A DNA stretch of 64,000 nucleotides from an uncultured delta proteobacterium (GCA_963847445.1 CAWJZV010000007.1:160001-224000); one strand, 5' to 3'. Positions 20,816-29,992 are shown, counted from the first letter of the stretch. Notes: a model not told the origin generated them from the letters alone. Made by a program: numbers and translations.

Positions 20816-22178
20816 ATGTTGCACGAAAAAGCAGCTGAAGCCTACGATACCACGATGGCGAACATACCTTCTCGCATCGTACACCAAACCGCACGGAATC
20901 CTATTAACCAAGAAAGCGGAGATGTTTACATAAAAGCAAGCTACGGTCCAGAGAACATCATACCGGGGACCCTTCGGGAATACATGGTCAACTATAAAGG
21001 CGAAAAAATTGCTTGTTACTTTGATTCGCCTGCCGGACTGGTCGGTATTGTCGGCGAGGACCATAAAACTCTTGTTACCGTCGCGCACCGTATCGCCAAC
21101 GATAAGGTATATCGTGACTCGCTGAGTACGGAGTTCGTTTACCGGTCAAGTATCGATTGGGTACAAGCGCGAGTTGCTAATTCTACAAATACACCGCAAA
21201 AATTTACGGAGTTTATTGATTCCGCAGCATCGAAAGCAATCAAACGTCACGAAGTTTGGCTACCAATTCCAATCGTAACGATTCCCAAACCTTTTAGAAT
21301 TGGATCGGTAACGTTTCGGCGGGTAACCAAAGGGATGATGGATGATTACGAAAAAACATATTCAGAAACCGATCCTGAAGCAAAGGTTGCCTTCAATCGG
21401 TTGAGAGCAAGAATACAAGGGATAACGGCGGCTATTGTTACGGTAAATGCAGAACCCGTACGGGGGAAAGAAATTGCATATCAGAAAGCGGAGGAAGCCA
21501 TCTGCATCCTGCGACTTGCGTGCCCTTCGATGATTAATCCGCATGAGTGGGCACCTCTCGATCCTAGTTTTTTTGATCGCCCTACTCAGATGGCATTACA
21601 GGTCCAAAACATGAAAATTGTCGGTCAAACGCACTCAGCTTATCCGCAAATGTTACACCAATGGGTAGTGAATTCAGATGAAGTCGACAGCAATCTTAAA
21701 GGAATATGGGCGTGCGGCCACAATCTAATAATCTCAAACCGCAACGAATTCCAAAATATTCTACTTGGTGCTGCCAATCCACTTGTCCAAGAGTCTTCTT
21801 AAGCCGGATCTTGCTGAAAGATTGCTGTACGTAGTTACGGCACTCGAAGCGATTTTTGTAAGAGATTCAACTGAGAATATTGTTCAAAATCTTCGAGAAC
21901 GCATGGCGATCTTGTCAGGTCCTGGAAAAGACGACCGTCTGCGAAAGCGCGATATGATACCTAAAATCTACCAGTTGCGTTCAGATTTTGTCCATCACGG
22001 AGTTGGTCTGAATGACATTTCACTACTGGAGGATTTCTCTTTTGAAGCATTAGCGACAATTCAATTTCTATTTCACAATTACAAAAAATGGCGCACCAAA
22101 GCAGATTTCCTCAGATCTCTCGATGATCATAAGTTTGCAGCGCCTGAATTTAATACAGAGGGTATGCCCGACGTGTGA
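20816..22178 (+). CDS. ApeA-like HEPN-domain protein, one frameshift near 21770
   Basis: C-terminal TALEAIF..LRERMA..IYQLRSDFVHHG (R-x4-H); AT-rich. Confidence 0.75.
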
Positions 22179-22466
22179 TAAAAGTCGATTAGGATAAATC
22201 TATACAGGCTGTTTAAAAACCTAGGGTTTCAAGAAAAATGATCACGGCGTCTTAGTCTTGTGAGAAATTGCTTTCCAAACACTGTTGGCGGGAGGCAACG
22301 TGCGACACTCGCGATATTCCGTGATTTTTATGTCTACCAGGTTTCGTTTATTTGCTTGTTATAAAACATTGTCGTCGGCTGAGGGAGGCCACCACGCCAT
22401 TATCAGAGAAGCAAAGACACCGACGCGTCCTCCATGTACTGAAATGGATAGCCAGAGGGCACAAGA

Positions 22467-22560
22467 GGGACGTTGTTGACTAGCTGGACAAAGTTTTTGA
22501 AAAGGATCTTCCAAACCTAGAGGTTGCGATGCCGCTTGATGAGCAACCATTTTCCCGAGC
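22467..22560 (-). mobile_element. Single end of the REPIN/RAYT-end family (copy 4)
   Basis: gggacgttgttgactagctggacaaag; reverse strand reads ..KTLSS* then TCAACAACGTCCC. Confidence 0.7.
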
Positions 22561-22683
22561 TGCGAATTATCTCCGTTCTCAATTCAAACACCCCGACGCC
22601 GCGATTCGCAGTTTCGTAAGACCGCTCGGCATCTCGCTGGATACCGACGCAGCGTTCGTAGATCCGTCTGTCTAAGAATGCGC

Positions 22684-22893
22684 TCAGCTCGGCCGCGCGA
22701 GGATCTTCGCGTACAGCCGGTCGTACTCCCGCTGGTTGATCGCGCCTTCCTTCAGCGCGCGTTGCAGGTCAGTGAGTTCCTGTCCTTTGGAGATGGTCGT
22801 CGTGCCCTGCACTCGGACGTAGGTATCGCTGCCACATCCTGCGAGCGTTCCAATGACGAGCGCGGCGAGGGCAAAGTCAAAAATCTTTTGCAT
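22684..22893 (-). CDS. Small lipoprotein with SHOCT domain
   Basis: Lipobox LAGC; GQELTDLQRALKEGAINQREYDRLYAKIL. Confidence 0.8.
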   Translation of the reverse strand: MQKIFDFALAALVIGTLAGCGSDTYVRVQGTTTISKGQELTDLQRALKEGAINQREYDRLYAKILARPS

Positions 22894-22912
22894 AAAGCGT
22901 CTCCGTCCGCCG

Positions 22913-23122
22913 TCACTTCACGTTGTCGATCAGCTGCTCTTTTTGGCGCTCGTAGTCGCGCTCGCTGACCGCGCCCGAGTCACGCGCCCTCTTGAGGTCG
23001 ATCAGCTGCTGCCCGACCGACACGCTGACCGTGGGCTGCAATACCTCGTTTCCGCCGCAACCCGCCGCCGTCAGCGTGGCTGCGAGTGCCGCCGCGGCTG
23101 TCATCCTCCGGCCTTTCGTCAT
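22913..23122 (-). CDS. Small lipoprotein with SHOCT domain
   Basis: Lipobox AAGC; GQQLIDLKRARDSGAVSERDYERQKEQLI. Confidence 0.8.
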   Translation of the reverse strand: MTKGRRMTAAAALAATLTAAGCGGNEVLQPTVSVSVGQQLIDLKRARDSGAVSERDYERQKEQLIDNVK

Positions 23123-23134
23123 CGCGTTCTCCCC

Positions 23135-23200
23135 TCAGGACCAGCGTCACTTCGAGCGCGCCGAGCTTCTCGACCGCGCACGCGACCTTGTCGCCAACCT
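23135..23200 (-). pseudogene. Possible 3' fragment of fumarylacetoacetate-hydrolase family gene
   Basis: Reverse strand VGDKVACAVEKLGALEVTL resembles the FAH-family C-terminus (GD-x-V-x3-IE-x-LG-x-L). Confidence 0.4.
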
Positions 23201-23231
23201 TGAGCTATTTATAGATATCTAAACCAACTTT

Positions 23232-23300
23232 TTCAATCCTTCGTACTCGCCGAGCGAGTTTTTGCTTCCGCAGAGGGGGGATGCCTCCACAGCTTTGTGC
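23232..23300 (-). pseudogene. Short RAYT-tail remnant
   Basis: tcaatccttcgtactcgccgagcgagttttt matches 5032-5065 and 20377-20410. Confidence 0.5.
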
Positions 23301-23373
23301 GTGCCGAACGGCGTGGTATACGACCATAGCATCGGCGGCAGCGAAGCACTGAAGAAAGAAGGAGAGAACGAGC

Positions 23374-24627
23374 GTGAGCGCTGTAGTTGAGTTGGATCTT
23401 CGCCCGACGGCGACGGCCGAGCTTTTTTCCGCGCTGTATCAGGCCTACTTGAAGCTCGAGCCGGGCACGCGCCTGCGCGCCATCGTCGATACCAATCCGC
23501 GACGTTCGTATATGGGCTTTGTCGAGGCGGGGATTGCGCATCGCATTGCGCGGCTTGGCGATGGTGAATGGGAATGGTCGGCTACGCGGGCAGCCTGGCA
23601 GCCGATGGGCAACGGGCCCGGGGTGCATCACATCGGCATCTCGCCCGACGGACGGCGCCTTTACGCGGTGGATCGCGAGCGCACGGTGTTCCTGTTCGAT
23701 ACCGAGCGCCAGCGCCTGACGGCGAGCGCCGCGGTGAACCAAGGAACCTCGCACCTGGCGGTGCACCCGCGCTCGGGCCGGGTGTACGTCTGCGAGCGCA
23801 GCACGCACAGCATGGTCAGGCTCGACGCCGAAACCCTCGAAACCCGCGGACGGATCGGCACCGGCGAGAGCCCTAATCTGCCGACGGCGGCGGAAGACGG
23901 CAGCGTCGTCATCCTGCCCGGAGGCAACGGCATCCTGACGGTAGCGCGCGACGACGCGGAGTTGCAGCGAACCAATTTACCGATCGGCGGCAAGCCCAGC
24001 GCTTCAACGGTAAGCCACGACGGGCGGCGCGCCTACGTTCCCGACGCGGCGCGCAACCTCCTGGTTAGCGTCGATCTGGAACAGGGAAGAGTGCTGGCCG
24101 AAACACCGGTGGGCGACGGCCCGTCTCATCCCATCGTCACGCCGGACGATCGCACGGTCTGCATCGCTAACTCGCGGTCGCACGACATCTCGCTGGTGGA
24201 CGCGCAGACTTTTCAACTTCTGGCGACGATCCCGAGCGGCGAGGCGGCGCATCAGACGACCCTGACGGCGGACGGCAACACACTGCTGGTAGCGAACTTC
24301 TTCGAGGACTCGGTGAGCGTCGTCGATCTGCCGAGCAGGACCCGCGCGGCGGTGGTGAAAGTCGGGCCGTATCCGCACGGCCTCGACATGGCTCCCGGCA
24401 ACCGCTACGCCGTCGCCACCCATTTCGGCGATCCCTGGGTCAGCATCATCGACGTGGTGGAACGTAAGGTCGCCGCCCGGGTGGCGGCCGGGCTCGGCTC
24501 TTCGCACACAACTTTTTCACCGGACGGCGAGCGCGCCTACGTCGCCAACAGTCTGGCCAACAGCGTAACGGTCATCGACTTGAACAGCCTCGAAGCGACC
24601 GCGCAGATCGACGCGAGCAAAGGATAA
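23374..24627 (+). CDS. YVTN/YncE-type beta-propeller with DUF2249-like N-terminal domain
   Basis: About 8 repeats (SPDG-x-R-x-YV-x-N..SV-x-VID); N-terminus LDLR..L-x-PG-x2-L..D-x-NP; no signal peptide. Confidence 0.8.
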   Translation: MSAVVELDLRPTATAELFSALYQAYLKLEPGTRLRAIVDTNPRRSYMGFVEAGIAHRIARLGDGEWEWSATRAAWQPMGNGPGVHHIGISPDGRRLYAVDRERTVFLFDTERQRLTASAAVNQGTSHLAVHPRSGRVYVCERSTHSMVRLDAETLETRGRIGTGESPNLPTAAEDGSVVILPGGNGILTVARDDAELQRTNLPIGGKPSASTVSHDGRRAYVPDAARNLLVSVDLEQGRVLAETPVGDGPSHPIVTPDDRTVCIANSRSHDISLVDAQTFQLLATIPSGEAAHQTTLTADGNTLLVANFFEDSVSVVDLPSRTRAAVVKVGPYPHGLDMAPGNRYAVATHFGDPWVSIIDVVERKVAARVAAGLGSSHTTFSPDGERAYVANSLANSVTVIDLNSLEATAQIDASKG

Positions 24628-24777
24628 GCGGATCGTAAGATCGGGATCGGACCGGGGAAATCAGTCGAATTTGCGACAGAAGATAAAATGAAAGGCGTCT
24701 TTAAAAGCCTAGAGGCTACTTTTTCGCTCTAAAAAAACCCCGCTAAGAAAAGCCAATGCCCCACACTTTTGTTTAGG

Positions 24778-24820
24778 CCGTTCGAGTCGTTCAACCGCTT
24801 CGCTCAGTTCAAGCCGTTGA
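24778..24820. repeat. GTTCAA/CGCTTCGCTC low-complexity intergenic repeat family
   Basis: Related copies at about 7252-7284, 26057-26088, 31583-31622, 32280-32337 and 38250-38305, nearly all just downstream of stop codons. Confidence 0.6.
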
Positions 24821-25028
24821 AGATGAAAACATCGAGAGCCTTGGAACTCAACCTGATCGGACCCCGCCACCTGACTGGTGCAGTAGTCAACGTTCAGAGC
24901 GCAGAATTGCGTTGACAGGCCGCAGAGTTTTCCCTAGCATTCCGGTGCGCCGAAGACTTTCGATCTTCGTGGAAGCATTCGAACGCTACCGGAGATTTTG
25001 GCGCAAGATTTTCAATGAGGTGGAAGGC

Positions 25029-26003
25029 ATGGCATGCTCTAGACGCACGGTGCAATTTCGACTTTTTGTCTGGACAATTCTTCCGGCAGTCGCGTTCGGC
25101 GCTGTTTTTCCCGACGTGACGGTCGCGCAGGCGCAAAAAATCAGAATCGCCTATTCGAGCCGCAGCAACACCGTCACGCCGTTATACGTCGCCGCCGACA
25201 AGGGCTTGTTTCGTGATGAAGGGCTGGAGGTGGAACTGATTCAGGTGAGCCCGCGCCTCGGCGCGATGGCGGTGATGAACGGCGACGTTGCGTTCACCAC
25301 GTCATTCACCAGTACCTTTCGGGCCATTCTTCAAGGCGTTCCACTGAAGCTGGTTTTAGTCGCGCTCAAAAAAGGCGTGTATTATTTGGTCACCCGGCCC
25401 GAAATCAAAAACGTCCAGGAGCTCAAAGGGAAAAAACTCGGGATCGCAACGATACGCGGCACCGACAGTATCGTCGCGGAGGAACTCCTCCGCTCAAAGG
25501 GGTTTAATCCCACTCAGCTCCAACAGATCGTCATCGGCGATACGGCGCTTCGAGCCCAGGCGCTCATGACCGGAGTTGTTCAGGCCGTGTCGTTGTCGCC
25601 GCCGCACGACCTGCTGCTTAAAAACTTGGGCTATAATATTTTGGCCGGCCCGCCCGAGGTCGGCTTGCCGGCGTCGGGTTTATTCACCTCGAATCGTCTG
25701 CTGAAAGAGAATCCGCAGGTGGTAAACCGAAGCTTGCGCGCGGTCCTTAGGGCCAATCGCTTTATCGCGGCGAACCGCCAGGAGACCATTGCCGTGATGT
25801 CAAAATGGCTGGCGCAGACTCAAGAGGTAGCGGGCCAGTCCTACGACGTTGAGCTAAAAGCGCTCACCAAAGACGGGCAAATGACCGACGCTGAGTTGGA
25901 AAGCCTGATCGATCGACTGGGCGAGAAAAAAGCTGCGTTGGACGGAGTGAGAGACTTCAATCCCATCCGCCAGGCGATCAAGGAATTAGACACCAAACAA
26001 TGA
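25029..26003 (+). CDS. ABC transporter substrate-binding protein, NMT1/THI5-like
   Basis: Signal peptide; ADKGLFRDEGLEVELI, ELKGKKLG. Confidence 0.85.
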   Translation: MACSRRTVQFRLFVWTILPAVAFGAVFPDVTVAQAQKIRIAYSSRSNTVTPLYVAADKGLFRDEGLEVELIQVSPRLGAMAVMNGDVAFTTSFTSTFRAILQGVPLKLVLVALKKGVYYLVTRPEIKNVQELKGKKLGIATIRGTDSIVAEELLRSKGFNPTQLQQIVIGDTALRAQALMTGVVQAVSLSPPHDLLLKNLGYNILAGPPEVGLPASGLFTSNRLLKENPQVVNRSLRAVLRANRFIAANRQETIAVMSKWLAQTQEVAGQSYDVELKALTKDGQMTDAELESLIDRLGEKKAALDGVRDFNPIRQAIKELDTKQ

Positions 26004-26156
26004 CGCAGAGTTCCTCTAAGAAAAACCGATGCCACGCGCTAATTAAGTAACGAAGCCGTGCAATCGCTTCGCTGCATTCAAAACGTTAAAAACTAACGGC
26101 GGTTAAAGGGTGCAAGTTTTCAAAGTTCAAGCACGGATTGGAATGGCACACTTCCA

Positions 26157-26317
26157 CGCGTACGCAGTGACGGGCTCACTAAGACCCCTCAACGGATAGG
26201 ATCCGACGTCTTCCAGCTGGCTCTCGCAGCCCGCGCGTTCAACAAAGTCCTTCGAAAACAGCACCGATCGTTTGACCTCCTTGGTCAAGGCTTCGAGTCT
26301 TGACGCGATGTTGACCG
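26157..26317 (-). repeat. Duplicated 3' end of the adenylate cyclase gene
   Basis: About 160 bp closely matching 27080-27242 (VNIASRLE..VGSYPLRGLSEPVTAYA). Confidence 0.9.
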
Positions 26318-26378
26318 GGCGCTCCTTGCAGTGCGACAAATATGCGATCGCAAGACCGGGCGCTAACCTCGTCGCTAT

Positions 26379-26600
26379 TCATGCGGCTGTTTCGGTCCAG
26401 ACTTGCCGCCACGCTGCGAATTCGGCGGGTCTTATCTCGTAGCGCGCGTAATTCCCTTCGTGCAGGCCGAGCAGTTCGCTTTCGGCCATCTCCCTGAATC
26501 GCTCGCGGTCGGCAGGAGCCACGTTCTCCTGGATCCATTGCGCGACGTGAGCGGCCGCCGCCTTCCGGGCCATGCGCCCGTGTATGACCTCGCTATATGC
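26379..26600 (-). pseudogene. 3' remnant of Fic-family protein gene
   Basis: RERFREMAESELLGLHEGNYARYEIRPAEFAAWRQVW is a recognisable Fic-family C-terminus; catalytic HPFxxGNGR part absent. Confidence 0.65.
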
Positions 26601-26624
26601 GCAATTAACCAATCTATACACAGT

Positions 26625-26679
26625 CATAGTTGCGCATAGTTGTTTAAAGCTGCGTTTATGTAGCATATGCGCAACTATG
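26625..26679. promoter_or_regulatory. 14-bp perfect inverted repeat (possible operator)
   Basis: catagttgcgcata ... tatgcgcaactatg; third half-site tatgcgcaa at about 26596. Confidence 0.45.
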
Positions 26680-26861
26680 GAATCCCGCAGAGCCACCAGA
26701 CGCCTCTGTAAAATCAAGGCCTAACTGGTTACGCGCGGAGATTACGGGTCGTGTATTGCGGTGCGACAAATCCGTGATTGCAAGACCTGGAACCGCACTT
26801 CGTACTTGTGGAATTGCTAATTCAGACGCTAATGTCCTAATCCAAGACTATACCGGTCACC

Positions 26862-27045
26862 CTAGTGTCCTGACCCAGAAGTTCGATGAATATGACCAAG
26901 CATTGACGAGAACGAACCCCCCTTGAAAAAGGGGGGAAGGGGGGATTTACGTATGCGCAATAGATTCAAATCCCCCTCTATCCCCCTTTTTCAAAGGGGG
27001 AAGTACAGAGCATTTAGTAAACGTATTTATGGACCAGGACACTAG
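26862..27045. mobile_element. MITE-like element with internal CCCCCTT-N-AAAGGGGG hairpins
   Basis: Ends ctagtgtcctgaccca / tggaccaggacactag (14/16); two internal palindromes. Confidence 0.7.
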
Positions 27046-28224
27046 CTCGCTTGATTCCCCGCCACTTCGCCAGTTGAGAACGCGTACGCAGTGACGGGCT
27101 CACTAAGACCCCTCAACGGATACGGATCCGACGTCTTCCAGCTGGCTCTCGCAGCCAGCGCGTTCAACGAAATCCTTAGAAAACAGCACCGATCGTTTGA
27201 CCTCCTTGGTCAAGCTTTCGAGCCTCGACGCGATGTTGACCGCCGGCCCGATGACCGTAAAGTCGAGGCGATTGCGCGAGCCGATATTGCCGTACATGAC
27301 CTCGCCGACATGCACGCCGATGCCGTAGCCCAAGGCATCGCGCCCCGCCGACAGGTTTTGCTCGTTCAGCCTGGCGAGCGCCGTTTGCGCTTCGCCGATC
27401 GCGCGCAACAGATCGCCGCAGGCGGTCGGATTGCTAAGCGGAAAGATCGCCAGCAGGCCGTCACCCATGAACTTCAGGATCTCGCCGCCATTGCGCACGA
27501 TCGGCTCCGTCATGGCGTCGAAGTAGCCGTTTAGAATATCGATGACTTCATCCCGCGGCCGAAGGTTCGACATCGCGGTGAAGTTGCGCAGATCGCAGAT
27601 CAGGATCGCGGCATCGACCGTCACGCCGCTGCCGCGGGTGGTGGCGCCGGCAAGGATTTGTTCGCTGGCATGGGGACCGACATAGGTTTCCAGCAGCGTC
27701 CGGGCGAGCTGGTTCTTCAAGCGAATTTCGCTGACCAGAGCAAGGGCGGGGAGAATCTCGGCAAGCAATTCGACATGATCGTCGTCGAAGCCGCGCGGCG
27801 CATCGGTGGCGAAAGTAACCAGATGGCGCTTGCCCAGCGTGTGGTCGAGGGGCCAGGCGATGTAGTCGGTAAGCCCCTCGGCGCGCAGCTCCTCACACAG
27901 CGGATGATTCAAGATTTCCACTGCGCCGCTCTGCAGCCGCTGCCTGATCTCATTGGCGCCCTCGATGATCGCGCGCAGCGGGCTCTTCAAGAACTCCGCT
28001 GTCGCCTCGACGTGATAGCCGACGGTCTGTATCTCAGCGTCGCGCATGCCGCTGCGCCAGATGATCCGCGCGCCGAGCCATTGCGGATGGTGGGTGCGAA
28101 AGTGCAGGCTTGCCCTGGCCACCGGCACGCCGGCAACCCGCAGCCGGCTGCACAGCTCGACGAAGATCTTGTCGATCGCAGGTTCGTCGTGGGTTCCCCG
28201 CATCAGCCAATCCGTCGTCTTCAT
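27042..28224 (-). CDS. Class III adenylate cyclase with GAF-like N-terminus (1-nt insertion near 27123)
   Basis: ICDLRNFT, LKFMGDGLLA (Lys), DFTVIGPAVNIASRLE (Asp) indicate ATP specificity; the duplicated copy gives the corrected frame, ending at TAG 27042-27044. Confidence 0.9.
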
Positions 28225-28594
28225 GATTTATAACCTCTCGCCCTGATGAAAGCTTTTTGGCTCTAGCTTCCGCCGGACCGCGAGCGTTCCCCCTTGCCCT
28301 TCTTTTTTTGAATGGTCTTTGCCGATTAAAACATTGGCTCGCCATAACTAATTGATCGTCCGTTATCGGACCGCTCTACGAATCGCTACTAACACGCGAC
28401 GCGCCGGCCTTTCAATCAAAAAGTAATCCCATCATCTCGTTCCACGAAACTGACTCAAGCACGACTCTTGGTTTTTTTCTTTCTCGGATTTGTTCTATAG
28501 ATTGCCTGCGAGCAAGACGGAGATCTTCACGCGTTGGGATTTGACGCGGGCAGACCCGTGACCGCGGGCCGGTCGGGATTGAAGGAAAAATCGA

Positions 28595-29554
28595 GTGGCA
28601 CCAGGAACGGTTCAAATACGCAGCGGCATTACATCAATTGTCGGCGGGTTTTTAGTTTCCGTTATTGTCGGTTACTTTAATGCCCGCGAGATCGACGTCC
28701 CATTTCCGACAGGGCTCATCTCACTGGTCATGATAGTCGGAGGGGCATTTCTGTATAGGCGCGGCCGCCAGTATAGGGCGAAGGCGACGGCCCAGAGTAT
28801 TATCGGGGACAACAAACCGGACGTCCTTTATCTAAGAGCGTTCGACACCGATAGTTCGGTCTTACGGTTTATCGGTTGGTCTTTTTTATTGCCTCGGTTG
28901 ATTGCAGGCGCCGTTACAGAGGAGGAACAACTAAGCGACGTTGTGCGACCTTTTGGCGACCTGGTAGCAATCGGCAGACCGGGTGAGAAGCTGCCCACAC
29001 CCGGGGCCGCCCGGTTATATGTGTCAGATGCGCAGTGGCAATCGGTGGTCAGCGATCAAATGCGCTCTGCTGCCCTGGTGATTATCAGAGCCGGTCACAG
29101 CACAGGCCTGAGGTGGGAGCTGAAACAGGCATTTGAAAGCCTGGATCCGACGAAATTGTTAGTCTTGGTTCTGAACATGAAGAAGAAGGATTATGCGGCA
29201 TTTAGACAAGAGATGAGTAAAATGCTCGGCGTTGTCTTTCCCGAGTTTGACGGATTCACCGGGTTCGGTCGAGTATCCGGCTTTGTCCGCTTCTCCTCCG
29301 ACTGGACACCCAGGATGTTACGGTTATACGCGCCATATTTGCGGCGCACGCTTTATAAGCCGTACCAGCCGCTTTTCCAATGCGCCCTGAAACCCGTTTT
29401 TGAAGACTTTGGCTTGGAGTGGCGGATGCCTCCAGTATCGATTTTAACCATTGTCATGAAGTTGCTGTTTGCGGGATTTGCGCTGCTTTTTTTCTTAGCC
29501 GGACTTATTATCATAGATGATTTTTTATCGCTGCACTGGTTTGATGACAGTTGA
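28595..29554 (+). CDS. Membrane protein with TIR/NDT-like cytoplasmic domain (hypothetical)
   Basis: N- and C-terminal TM helices; VLYLRAFDTD, EEQL, VAIGRPGE-x-LP-x-PGA-x-R, WQ, S-x-GLRWE. Confidence 0.6.
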   Translation: MAPGTVQIRSGITSIVGGFLVSVIVGYFNAREIDVPFPTGLISLVMIVGGAFLYRRGRQYRAKATAQSIIGDNKPDVLYLRAFDTDSSVLRFIGWSFLLPRLIAGAVTEEEQLSDVVRPFGDLVAIGRPGEKLPTPGAARLYVSDAQWQSVVSDQMRSAALVIIRAGHSTGLRWELKQAFESLDPTKLLVLVLNMKKKDYAAFRQEMSKMLGVVFPEFDGFTGFGRVSGFVRFSSDWTPRMLRLYAPYLRRTLYKPYQPLFQCALKPVFEDFGLEWRMPPVSILTIVMKLLFAGFALLFFLAGLIIIDDFLSLHWFDDS

Positions 29555-29599
29555 TAGTTTCCCGATGCGCAGCGATCAATGAGTCCCTAGGCGGCGTGA

Positions 29600-29992
29600 T
29601 CAGCCTCTGGACGAAAGCCAGTATTCGGAATCCGCTGCTTCTTCATTTTCTAAGCCATTAGCAACCCGCAAGTAACGCTGAAGGTTTGTATAGGAGAAAA
29701 ATAGCGGCGTGTAATCATAGGAAAGATCAGCACGATTTCCCTGCCGCGAATCGGGCGAAACTCTGAACAACCCGAATTGCGTCAAAATCTCAAACGTCCG
29801 TGCCGTTTCGAATGTTGCGCCGACTGTTGGAGCATCGCTTGTCAAAATTATTCTGGCATTGCGGTCGTAGCGGTTGCGCCACGCGCTAATATTGCGGAGC
29901 GCGATAAACTGGGCGTCGCTGAGCCGCTTTGAGAGATCGACAGCCTGAGCATGGCTAAGGTTCGTCGAAGGCGCGCGCGTCCTTCGGAACAC
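29600..29992 (-). CDS. Hypothetical protein (possibly the remainder of the TIR gene)
   Basis: 130-aa ORF directly downstream of the TIR fragment on the same strand. Confidence 0.35.
   Translation of the reverse strand: MFRRTRAPSTNLSHAQAVDLSKRLSDAQFIALRNISAWRNRYDRNARIILTSDAPTVGATFETARTFEILTQFGLFRVSPDSRQGNRADLSYDYTPLFFSYTNLQRYLRVANGLENEEAADSEYWLSSRG

Noticed and set aside
8600-26800. Classical integron
   Set aside because: No tyrosine integrase, no consistent attC (RYYYAAC..GTTRRRY) sites, and cargo lies in both orientations
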